Of a stretch of DNA of 64,000 nt, positions 10,458 through 19,595 are shown piece after piece. The DNA lies in NCBI GenBank assembly GCA_019058315.1, contig JAHPZH010000007.1:190989-254988 (forward strand), written 5' to 3'. This DNA is from Candidatus Helarchaeota archaeon. GTDB taxonomy: Archaea; Asgardarchaeota; Lokiarchaeia; Helarchaeales; RDOG01. The notes beneath the pieces were generated by a model, which saw only the letters and a program-made list of their open reading frames with translations, searched no databases and had not been told where the DNA came from. Positions within the stretch are counted from its first letter, which is position 1. Every line of letters starts with the position of its first letter. The position numbers and the translations under genes were made by a program.

Positions 10458-10492
10458 ACAATATAATTCTATAAATAAAATATAAAAAAAGA

Positions 10493-10888
10493 TTATATTA
10501 TTGCAACACAATCAATCTCGATTAACATATTATCTACTGGTAAATTAGATACTTCTACAGTTGTTCTAGCTGGGAATTTATCTTTAACACCATTATCCTT
10601 AAAAAATTTCTTATATTCAAGGTTCATTTTCGAAAAATCTTTGATATTTTTCAAAAAGACGGTTGTTTTTACAATATTAGAAACATTTGCACCTGCTGAT
10701 TCGAGTATTTTTTTTATATTTTCAAAAACCGCCTTTGTTTGACCTTTAATTTCGTTTGATGCTAAAGTATGAGTTTTTGGATCCATTGGGGCTTGACCAG
10801 AAACATAAATCATATTTCCTGCTTTAATCCCAGAATTATAAGGACCAGCTCTTGGAAGTCCAGCATCTACTATTTCTATTTCTACCAA
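10493..10888 (-). CDS. ridA: RidA/YjgF family enamine/imine deaminase
   Basis: GPYN...YVSGQ, NIVKTTVFL, PARTTVEV, IEID motifs. Confidence 0.9.
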   Translation of the reverse strand: MVEIEIVDAGLPRAGPYNSGIKAGNMIYVSGQAPMDPKTHTLASNEIKGQTKAVFENIKKILESAGANVSNIVKTTVFLKNIKDFSKMNLEYKKFFKDNGVKDKFPARTTVEVSNLPVDNMLIEIDCVAII

Positions 10889-11007
10889 ATTTTAATCACT
10901 CCTTTGAAATTTTTTCTTAGAAATATTTGTAAAAATTATTTTAATTAATAATTGAAATTATCATTATCTCATAATAAAAAATTTATAAATCTATAGAGAA
11001 GAGAAAG

Positions 11008-12048
11008 ATGATTAAATCACCAGATGAAATATTAAAATTATCAATTGATAATCAAGAAATAAATTTTTATCAATTTAATTCTCCTTCTCCAAATAAGGGA
11101 GTTAAAGCAGGTTTAATAGGATCTGTTGGTCGCATTATTGAGTGTAATCTTCAACCTTCTGATTTGAATCTTATTTCTCCTGAAAAAATTCCACAAGGTA
11201 ACTTGGGCTTCGGGGCCGGTGCCAAACCTAACAAAGAACCACTATCAGAAATAGGTGAAGCTTTTGGAATGAATAAACGATTTTTTCTAGCACATCCTTC
11301 TAAAGTAGGACCAAATGATCCTTTTATTTCAGTACGAACTAATATACTTTCACCATTCTTTTTCCATGCCGATCTAAATTTTGGTTCCAATATTCCAAGA
11401 TTTATAAACACTGATGATGGAATAAAGCTAGAAGGAGAAGTTCGTTCTGGAACAATTTTTAAATTTGAAACCTCAAAAGCCGCACAAATGGCATCATTTT
11501 TGAAAAAACTTATTCCTAATGGTCTTAGTGTTATATATTTCAGAGGTAAAACCAATGCTAAGGATGTAGTTGATAAACTTCTCAAAAAATCTCCATTAAT
11601 CGAATATAAAAAAAGATATGGAAGCATAACTTCGCCTAATGGATTAAAAGATTTTTTTGTAATGCAAACAATTCCTAAAGGTTTTAATGGTTTAATCGAA
11701 ATAATTGCATTTGGTGTGGCATTTAAAATTCAAAATGGCTTAGATTCCCATGAAGATGTTGGTATTTCAAATGAAATTTTTAAACATCTTTTTTATTTCA
11801 CACCAGGAACGGTGAAGAGTTCAGCTTGGAATAGTCATATGCATGGTCTTATCCTTGGATCTGAAGATTCTGCAATAATATCTCCTGAAGATTCAATAGA
11901 TCTTAACCAGATTCCATTAAGTAAAATAGATTCTGAAAAAAATCGTAATATTCCTCGTTCCGGTAGGGTTGTTCACATTGAAAATACCACAAAAATAAAT
12001 TCAGGTGCATTCAAAATTATACCGATTTCAGATATAGAACTTCATTAA
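11008..12048 (+). CDS. Hypothetical protein, possibly PTD012/DUF1907-like zinc enzyme
   Basis: Long ORF; GLIG..RI, GAGA and C-terminal HMH...H resemble DUF1907 motifs (weak). Confidence 0.4.
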   Translation: MIKSPDEILKLSIDNQEINFYQFNSPSPNKGVKAGLIGSVGRIIECNLQPSDLNLISPEKIPQGNLGFGAGAKPNKEPLSEIGEAFGMNKRFFLAHPSKVGPNDPFISVRTNILSPFFFHADLNFGSNIPRFINTDDGIKLEGEVRSGTIFKFETSKAAQMASFLKKLIPNGLSVIYFRGKTNAKDVVDKLLKKSPLIEYKKRYGSITSPNGLKDFFVMQTIPKGFNGLIEIIAFGVAFKIQNGLDSHEDVGISNEIFKHLFYFTPGTVKSSAWNSHMHGLILGSEDSAIISPEDSIDLNQIPLSKIDSEKNRNIPRSGRVVHIENTTKINSGAFKIIPISDIELH

Positions 12049-12115
12049 TATTTTTTATACAAGTTAAGTAATGAGCAATTTGTTCCAAGTCCATAAATTC
12101 ATTTGGTGATTAACT

Positions 12116-12667
12116 TTGAAAGATTCTCAAAATATTGAAGAGTTATTTAAAAATGATTATAAAGAGCCAATAATAGAGGATATAACTCCTTCTAGCCCAG
12201 AATGGACGCCTGAATTTAAAGTATTACAAATTTATGAAAAAGAATGGGCATGTGAAGATCCTCTCATTCCAGATTATTGGATAGTTTCTTCAGAAAATCA
12301 GAAATTCCGAGCAGATGACATACAAAATGTATTAAAAAAATTAAATATCATTCCAAAATCAGAAGAAGAAGCTCTTGGATTAGCCATATTGATGATTAAT
12401 TTATTGAATCCATATTGTGAAATTTTCTTAAATGAAATTGAAGAATATAAGAAGCTTTCTAATAAATATACAAAGGAAATAGGGAAACCTGTAATTAAAA
12501 AATTAGAGAATTATTATGAAATTTTGCTTTTTGTTTTTATCAATAGATTTGGACCATTTGGTTTTGAGGTTGCGGAATCTGATTCTTTAGAGCAATGGAA
12601 AGTTAAGATAGGAAATGGAATTTATGATATATCCCCAGAAAAGGTGCTTTGGAGAAATAAAGAATAA
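12116..12667 (+). CDS. Hypothetical protein
   Basis: 183-aa ORF, TTG start after GGTGAT; no recognised motif. Confidence 0.6.
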   Translation: MKDSQNIEELFKNDYKEPIIEDITPSSPEWTPEFKVLQIYEKEWACEDPLIPDYWIVSSENQKFRADDIQNVLKKLNIIPKSEEEALGLAILMINLLNPYCEIFLNEIEEYKKLSNKYTKEIGKPVIKKLENYYEILLFVFINRFGPFGFEVAESDSLEQWKVKIGNGIYDISPEKVLWRNKE

Positions 12668-12817
12668 AATTAGTGATTATTCTTTTATAAAAAATATGAT
12701 AAAACCCCAAAATCCGAAAAAGATTCAATTAACCTTTCATTTCTTAAATGAAATATTATGTTTTTTCCTTTTTAGTTTATGAAAAGTTATTTGATGCTTT
12801 CAAGCTTGATTAATATA

Positions 12818-13951
12818 TTATCTACCCATTAATCCATCTTCTATTTGCTTTCCTACTCCTCCCATTTCGGGAGTAGGGTTTTTCCGGACTTTGACCAGTG
12901 ATATTGCTTCTTTTGGACAATTAACAGCACAAACTCCACATCCAAGACAATTTTGTAACTTGAAAACCATCTTATCATCTTCATCCTTTATTGCATGTTG
13001 ATGAAGAATTACTTCCATTGGACATAATTTTACGCATTTATCACAGAAGATACAAAGATCTTGGTTCCATCTTGGTTCAAAATTAGAGCGACCATAATCT
13101 GCAGCTCCTAGTTTTGCCATGCCAGCCAGACCACAACAATGACAACGGCAACAATTACAAATAAATGTAATTGCCCCTATATTCATTCCAAAATGAACTA
13201 AACCTGCTTTTTCACATTTTTTTGCATATTCAATGGCTTCTTCTTTTGTTGGAATTTCTGTTGCCCAACCCGCATCAATGCCGACTTTTGCGGTAACTCC
13301 ACAAAGCAAGCACCCCAAATCCTCTGGTGTATTGCATGGATTTCCCGTCAATTTTCCGATTTCCCGACATTGACAATAAACCTTAGCAAAAATTGAATTA
13401 TTATCGATTAATTCTCTCAACATTTCACCTGTAAATATTTTTTGGTCTGCTATTGGAATCGATTCATCAATTTCAATTAATCTTTCTTCAGCTTCATATG
13501 GAAGCTTGGGTAACCAGATAGGATACTCCAAACCGTTAAACATTTGTGGAGTTAAATTCAGAAAAGCCCAGCGGAAATATTCGGCTACTTTTAAAGTATT
13601 CTCTTCAGTATCTCCTCTTGTAAGAACATAATGTTCAAATAACCCAGGTACTAAATTTATTAACATATACTGAGTTCCCAGCTTGAAAATCGCCCCTCTT
13701 TTTCCAAGTCTTACCAAAATCTCTTTAACTCTACTTTTTTCCCAACCAGATTTCTTTGCAAGTTTTGTTATAGAAAGTAATTGGTAACCCTTGTCAAAAT
13801 GATCAAGAAGCTCAATTTCTTCTTCATTATAAAGAATCTTTAAAAATTCAATAGTCTTTTTATGTCTTGGCGTTCCTAATTGTCCTATACTCATTTTTTG
13901 CCTTACACTTTCATAATGATCGGCTTCAGTCATGAAAAAAACCTCAATCAT
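12818..13951 (-). CDS. HTH-containing 4Fe-4S dicluster protein
   Basis: N-terminal HTH-like region, CQCR, ICNCCRCHCC, two CxxCxxCxxxCP motifs. Confidence 0.85.
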   Translation of the reverse strand: MIEVFFMTEADHYESVRQKMSIGQLGTPRHKKTIEFLKILYNEEEIELLDHFDKGYQLLSITKLAKKSGWEKSRVKEILVRLGKRGAIFKLGTQYMLINLVPGLFEHYVLTRGDTEENTLKVAEYFRWAFLNLTPQMFNGLEYPIWLPKLPYEAEERLIEIDESIPIADQKIFTGEMLRELIDNNSIFAKVYCQCREIGKLTGNPCNTPEDLGCLLCGVTAKVGIDAGWATEIPTKEEAIEYAKKCEKAGLVHFGMNIGAITFICNCCRCHCCGLAGMAKLGAADYGRSNFEPRWNQDLCIFCDKCVKLCPMEVILHQHAIKDEDDKMVFKLQNCLGCGVCAVNCPKEAISLVKVRKNPTPEMGGVGKQIEDGLMGR

Positions 13952-14059
13952 ATCTCTAATTTTTTTTTAATAAACAACCTTATAAAAATAATTAAAATTA
14001 TCAATTATATACCAATTATCTTCTTGAGATTAGATTGTTTTTAGATGGAAGAATATTTA

Positions 14060-14794
14060 CTACCACATCGAACTTGCTATTTCTAAATGTTTTTTACCAT
14101 TTTTTAATACGGGATTCATATGACCAGGCAATAAAATCTCAACATCTTCTAAATCCGCCAATTTTTTCAAAGATTTTTGTAATAATTCTGCACTGCCGCC
14201 AATAAAATCAACTCGACCAAAACTCCCATGTGTAAATACGGTATCACCAGTGAATAAAATTTTCTTTTGTTTATCATGCAGGCATATTCCGCCTGGTGTA
14301 TGTCCTGGTGTGTGAATTACTTTAAGGGATAAACTACCCCATTTTATTATATCATCTTCTTTAAGCTTAATATCCACTTTGGTTGGTTCTGGATTAATCC
14401 CAAATACTTTTGCAATGGGTTCTATAACCGACTGGAGAGGTCCTGTGAACATATTAGCCATAGGATTAATATATCTATTATCACCTGCTTCTATTACTTT
14501 AGCTTCTATTTCATGTGCGTATACCTTTATGTCAGGAAATTTCTTTTTGAATTGGTATAAACCCAATATATGATCAATATGGTAATGTGTTTGTAAAATC
14601 GCTTGAATTTCATCTGTACCATATTGGTTCTTAATAAGGCTTAAAATGCGATTTGTAGCCATTCCATTTCCTGAATCTATCAACATCAAATTACCAGCCG
14701 TTCCAATAACATATAAATTAGAATCTAACATCGAACCTTCTGGAATGATAGCGATATCTTCAGTTATCATATGAATGGTCTTACGTTGAAACAT
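14060..14794 (-). CDS. MBL-fold metallo-hydrolase (glyoxalase II-like)
   Basis: THYHIDH, HTPGHT, TGD and PGH motifs. Confidence 0.9.
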   Translation of the reverse strand: MFQRKTIHMITEDIAIIPEGSMLDSNLYVIGTAGNLMLIDSGNGMATNRILSLIKNQYGTDEIQAILQTHYHIDHILGLYQFKKKFPDIKVYAHEIEAKVIEAGDNRYINPMANMFTGPLQSVIEPIAKVFGINPEPTKVDIKLKEDDIIKWGSLSLKVIHTPGHTPGGICLHDKQKKILFTGDTVFTHGSFGRVDFIGGSAELLQKSLKKLADLEDVEILLPGHMNPVLKNGKKHLEIASSMW

Positions 14795-14835
14795 ATAAAT
14801 TCCATTAAAAAAAGTTTAAAATAAAATAAATGCCC

Positions 14836-15288
14836 TTATTTAACTAAATAGGCTGTTACAACCCCGTATCGGTCTTTGGTAGCTCTGACCTTAACATTTC
14901 GGGGAGGTTTTTGAATCCCTCTACTCCAAATAAATTCATTTAATTCAGGTTCAATCCTGAGAATATCAGGTTTGAAATGGCGCATTAAGAATTCTTTAAC
15001 CAGAGTAATTGCCCTTTTTGCTCTTTTATATCTTTTAGCAATTTTGGTACGTCCTAAAGGAATTGTATAGAAACGTTCTTCTAAAATCTCTTCTTCTTCT
15101 TCCACTTTTTTTAAGGGTAAAATTTTTGGAATTTTTTCCTCTTCGGGTGTAATAATTTCTTCTTCGACTAATTGGTCTTTTTCTTCCTCGATAGATTTTA
15201 AATCTTCTTGGATCTCACTAATTTTTTCTTCACCTTCGATATCTTCTTCCTCTTCGACATCGTCATCCTTAGTTTTTTTCTTACTCAA
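14836..15288 (-). CDS. rpl31e: 50S ribosomal protein L31e with acidic N-terminal extension
   Basis: ERFYTIPL...RAKRAI...LNEFIWSRGIQKPP; probable TTG start at 15288 after AAGGTG (ORF track extends to 15342). Confidence 0.9.
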   Translation of the reverse strand: MSKKKTKDDDVEEEEDIEGEEKISEIQEDLKSIEEEKDQLVEEEIITPEEEKIPKILPLKKVEEEEEILEERFYTIPLGRTKIAKRYKRAKRAITLVKEFLMRHFKPDILRIEPELNEFIWSRGIQKPPRNVKVRATKDRYGVVTAYLVK

Positions 15289-15432
15289 TTTCAACACCTT
15301 AAGAATTAAAAAATAGTAATCTAATAATAATAATAATTTCAATCATGCAATTTTAATTTCATTGAAAAAGATAAAAAGTTCAATAAAAATATTTACTTTC
15401 TCTTCTTAATTAAAAATAGGAGTGAAAAAAAA

Positions 15433-16971
15433 TTGCCTCGTAGTAAAAAATCTACCAGTACAACTACAAAAAAAGCTAAAATTAAAAAAGATGATAAAGA
15501 GGAAGAAGAACTTCTATCAACGGAATCCCCAGAATCAGAAGAAGAATTATTATTGGGAACTGAAGAGTCTACAGAAACAGAAGGTGAATTATTATTAGGC
15601 GGGTCAGATTTATTAATGGATACTAGTGATAAAGGAATTTTATTAAAAGGTATCTCAGAAAAGGACTTAACCGAACAATCTGGTTTATTATTTGGGACTG
15701 AGAAAAAACTCGAAAGTGAAGATGGGGAGTTATTATTAGGTGAAATAACTGAAGAAGAAGAAGGTGATGAACTTCTAACAAGTACTCACTTGACAGCTCC
15801 AATTGAACAATTACCTGAAACCAAAGAAGCCGAAACAATAACAGGGCGTAAACCCGAAGAAATCCTTGTAGCTTTCGATGGGAATCTAAACGAAAGGGGA
15901 AAAATATCAGAATCATTTCTTGATCTAAAGAATTTTTTAGAGAGTAATAATGTTAAATGCTCTAACTATACTGACGTCTTTAAACTGATAAATCTGGCTA
16001 AATATGACTGTTTGGTTTTTGCATGTCCTGATGCTTCTCGTATGAATAAATTTGAGATTAATGAGCTTAAGCGCTTTGTAGAAAGCGGGGGAAGTTTACT
16101 CTTATTGAGTCATGCAGGAGGAGATCGTGGCAGAGCAACTAATTTAAATGAACTATCTCAAAATTTTGGAATTCAATTTATTAATGATCAAGTTTTTGAT
16201 GAAGTACATAACATAGGATTAAATAGTCTTCCAATAATTGACGATTTTGCCGACCATCCTATCTTAAAAAATATTAAAAATTTTTGCTATCGCGCTGGAT
16301 GTAGTATAGAGGTTACTGGAAATACAAAAATAATAGCTGATGCTGATGCTATCGCAGAACCTACAAATGCTGGATGTTGTGCTGCCGCAACTATAAAAAT
16401 GGGAAGGGTAGTTGCTCTAGGCTCGTATGAGATGTTTAGAAATCAAATGCCAGGTGGAATAATATACGAGACCCACACACTTCTATTTTTAAATATAATT
16501 GATTGGCTAACAGAAAAAAAAGATGAGACCCGACTTGTTCAAAGCCTTGAAAGGTTTGGTTTAGCAATAAAAAGACATCTAGACAAGTTAAAAATTGGTA
16601 AAGCCATTAGAAAAGAAACTAAAAAATCTACCTTTAAATTACCAGTCCTCACAGCAAAACCCACTGGTGATATTGTTGATATGGATGGCATGATTTTTGC
16701 TTTTAAAGAACTGGGAGGAAATTTCGAAAATCTACAAGAAGAAGTTCAAAATAACTTAAAAGAAATGAATTCAATTGTTAAAGGAATTAGTATGGGAACT
16801 GTGAGGGAAATAGAAAAATTAAAAGAGGAAATTAAAAATTTAAGAGAAGATAGAAAAGATACCGAAGAAGCCATGAACACTTTCTTTATGGAAATGGGAA
16901 AAGAAGTTGAAACATTAAATAAAAAAGTTGATAAGGTAATTAAAATTTTAAGTGGGAAGAAAAAAACCTAA
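15433..16971 (+). CDS. GIFT (GldG/IFT52-like, DUF4350) domain protein with acidic repeat N-terminus and C-terminal coiled coil
   Basis: EINELKRFVESGGSLLLL..GG....NLNELSQNFGIQF..D.VFD, HPI, GRVVALGS, LFLNIIDWL. Confidence 0.7.
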   Translation: MPRSKKSTSTTTKKAKIKKDDKEEEELLSTESPESEEELLLGTEESTETEGELLLGGSDLLMDTSDKGILLKGISEKDLTEQSGLLFGTEKKLESEDGELLLGEITEEEEGDELLTSTHLTAPIEQLPETKEAETITGRKPEEILVAFDGNLNERGKISESFLDLKNFLESNNVKCSNYTDVFKLINLAKYDCLVFACPDASRMNKFEINELKRFVESGGSLLLLSHAGGDRGRATNLNELSQNFGIQFINDQVFDEVHNIGLNSLPIIDDFADHPILKNIKNFCYRAGCSIEVTGNTKIIADADAIAEPTNAGCCAAATIKMGRVVALGSYEMFRNQMPGGIIYETHTLLFLNIIDWLTEKKDETRLVQSLERFGLAIKRHLDKLKIGKAIRKETKKSTFKLPVLTAKPTGDIVDMDGMIFAFKELGGNFENLQEEVQNNLKEMNSIVKGISMGTVREIEKLKEEIKNLREDRKDTEEAMNTFFMEMGKEVETLNKKVDKVIKILSGKKKT

Positions 16972-17029
16972 TCTGTAAATGGAGTAATGAAATAATTAAT
17001 TTTTATTATTTAGAATTAAAATGCATTTT

Positions 17030-17188
17030 TTATGGTTTAATTCTTTGAGTTCTCCATCTTCTATTTCTTTTCGGATGGGTGCGAACTTTACCTCGAGTTC
17101 TGACAATAATCCATGCAGGTACAGATTTTTTTTGTTTCTCTGCTTTTATTAATCTTAGTTTCTTACCAATGGGTTTATTTCGTGCCAT
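17030..17188 (-). CDS. rpl39e: 50S ribosomal protein L39e (not in ORF track)
   Basis: Manual translation [52 protein letters not shown]; position downstream of PDCD5. Confidence 0.93.
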   Translation of the reverse strand: MARNKPIGKKLRLIKAEKQKKSVPAWIIVRTRGKVRTHPKRNRRWRTQRIKP

Positions 17189-17198
17189 AATATTCAAC

Positions 17199-17534
17199 TT
17201 AAATACGTCTTATTTTAGGTTCTCTCTTCCCCTTTTGTGCTTTATCAAGAATTTGTTTAAGTACTTCATCAGATATAGGAATTTGATAGCCGGCTCTTGC
17301 TAATTGACCCGTTTGTGCGAGTTGAATTAATTGAACTTCAATAGCTTGAACAAAGTCAGGTCTTACCATTCTTAAATTCGCAAGACGTCCCCTAGCTTTG
17401 GGGGAGAGAATTTTTCTTAAAATAGCATCTTTTTGAGCCTCAAACTCTTTTTCCATTTGTTCCTTCTTTTGGGCTTCTGCTTGCATTTCAAGCATCTTAC
17501 GCCTTCTAATCTGTTCTAATTCCTCATCAGACAT
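17199..17534 (-). CDS. PDCD5-like DNA-binding protein
   Basis: ELEQIRRRK...[18 protein letters not shown]...[10 protein letters not shown]. Confidence 0.92.
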   Translation of the reverse strand: MSDEELEQIRRRKMLEMQAEAQKKEQMEKEFEAQKDAILRKILSPKARGRLANLRMVRPDFVQAIEVQLIQLAQTGQLARAGYQIPISDEVLKQILDKAQKGKREPKIRRI

Positions 17535-17573
17535 TTTTTAACACACAAATTTCTATAATATCTACAATATTAA

Positions 17574-18029
17574 TTAATATTTGACAAGACCAGGAATTTC
17601 ACTTTTTTGTAATTTCATTTTAATCTTAAGTGCTGTTCGATCTAATAAAGATTGTCCCTCTGAAGTTAATTTTCTGCCTTTTTTTTCAATAATCTCTACT
17701 AGTCCGGCGCTTTCTAATTGTTTTAAAGCATTTCGTACGATCGATCCAGATCCCTTCATAAATATATTGGGTTTAGGGCCTCTTCTCATTCTTCCTCCAT
17801 ATAAATTTCGTAATTTACTAATGCCCATAGGTTTAATATATAATTTACGTAGGATGGAAGCACATCTAATATACCACCAATCTTCTACTTGGGGAGGATT
17901 TTCTCTATGTACTCCCGCTTTTACTGCAGAAATCCAATCTAATTCAGTAACTTGTTCATAATCATTTTTTAGAATTTCTGCTACTTCTTCTATTAAATCA
18001 GCCGCTGGAACATCATAAATTGTTGTCAA
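17574..18029 (-). CDS. rps19e: 30S ribosomal protein S19e
   Basis: DWWYIRCASILRKLY, LYGGR, GSGSIVR, QLESAGLV. Confidence 0.95.
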   Translation of the reverse strand: MTTIYDVPAADLIEEVAEILKNDYEQVTELDWISAVKAGVHRENPPQVEDWWYIRCASILRKLYIKPMGISKLRNLYGGRMRRGPKPNIFMKGSGSIVRNALKQLESAGLVEIIEKKGRKLTSEGQSLLDRTALKIKMKLQKSEIPGLVKY

Positions 18030-18523
18030 AATATCAAACCTAAAGTTATGTATTTCTAATATATAATGATAAAAAAATAAATATTAATTTTAAAAAATTT
18101 GTTACAACTTTTTTTTTAGATTAATTTTATTATTTATCTCATACAGCGAATCAAATTATATAATTGTAACGTTATTTTAATTTTGATTCTTATGTTTTAT
18201 AACGTTAAAATAAAAAAATGGGAGCAGGACCATAACTATTATGCTAAAATTTGTGTATATGATACAAATGATGAAATCGAATATCTCATTAAATCAAACT
18301 CCAAAAATGATTTTAATAAAAAAATCTACCAAATATTGAAAAATAGTCTTACCATGAAAAATTAGTAATCTAAACCGCTTTTTGTTCCTTTTTTTATCTT
18401 TTCTTTCCTTGTTGCTTGAAATTGTTTTTCTAGTAAATAAAACATAAATAGTAAAAAAACATAAAAAATTCATAATAAAACATAAAAATATCACTAATTT
18501 TTTCAACTATTTCTTAATAAGGG

Positions 18524-19540
18524 TTGATTGTTTTGAGTAATAAAATCAGTGAAACTCGTAAATTGGTGAAATGGGGAAGTTCTAAAACATTGATAATGTC
18601 ATTACCACGTAATTGGACTAAAAAACATAATTTAAGTGAAAAAAATGAAGTTCAAGTATTCGAAAATTCTGATGGATCTTTATTAATTATGCCATTTCTT
18701 ATGGGCGATTCGCAAAGCAAACTCGTTACAACTATTGGTGCAGATAAATATCCTGATATCTCAACACTTTCATATATAATTCAAACTGCATATCTTGATG
18801 GTAATGATGTTATCCGAATAGAAACTAAAGCTCCTTTTTCCCAAGATAAATATATGAGAATTTCACAATTAGTCTCCAACTTATTAGGGTTTGAAATACT
18901 CTCTAAAACTCCCAATGTAATCATTATAAAGGATATTATGGATTTAAAAAACCAAAGTCTAAATGAACTTATTAAAATGGTAAGTAGAAATGTTTTAGAA
19001 TTAATGGAGAATCTGATTTATTCAATTGAACATAACGATAACTCAATAATAGATGCAATAATAAGTTCAAAAGATCATATACAAAAATATTATCTGCGTG
19101 TGCACCGTCAATTAAGAAAAGGACTTATTCAACCCAGTATTTTAATGAAAATGGACATAAATTCTCAAGATGCTGTAGATTTCGCTTTTTTCATTGTGCA
19201 TATTAATGATATTGCGGGTTATTTAACTAGCATGGGTAAAGCAATGATGAAATCTCCTAGTTCTAAACATATTGAATTAACTCTAATTGTTCTTAAAGAA
19301 ACCTATGATTTATTAAAGTCCGGTGTAGTCTCTTTTCTCTTCAGAAAGACTACAGATGCAATTGAAGTTCTAGATAAAGCAGAATCTATTAAAACGCATA
19401 AAAGAGAAGTTGAAAATCAACTAGATTCTATCACTTCGGATGAACCCGCAACATCCTCCCAGATCATTCTGGATAACTCAGAAAAAATTATAGAATTTTC
19501 TAGATTAATTGCTTTGGCTGCTTTAAGGCGAGCTTTATAA
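18524..19540 (+). CDS. phoU: Archaeal phosphate uptake regulator (AbrB-type N-terminus + PhoU domains)
   Basis: ETRKLVKWGSSKTLIMSLPRNW, AYLDG.D.I.I, LGFEI; helical PhoU repeats. Confidence 0.85.
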   Translation: MIVLSNKISETRKLVKWGSSKTLIMSLPRNWTKKHNLSEKNEVQVFENSDGSLLIMPFLMGDSQSKLVTTIGADKYPDISTLSYIIQTAYLDGNDVIRIETKAPFSQDKYMRISQLVSNLLGFEILSKTPNVIIIKDIMDLKNQSLNELIKMVSRNVLELMENLIYSIEHNDNSIIDAIISSKDHIQKYYLRVHRQLRKGLIQPSILMKMDINSQDAVDFAFFIVHINDIAGYLTSMGKAMMKSPSSKHIELTLIVLKETYDLLKSGVVSFLFRKTTDAIEVLDKAESIKTHKREVENQLDSITSDEPATSSQIILDNSEKIIEFSRLIALAALRRAL

Positions 19541-19595
19541 AATCATAATCGGATATATGTATATAATCTCGTATTTTATATTAGGAGAATGATAC

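Noticed and set aside
18183-18506. Two short overlapping ORFs between rps19e and phoU
   Set aside because: Very AT-rich with no motifs; 18183-18365 could be a real small protein but cannot be supported from sequence alone
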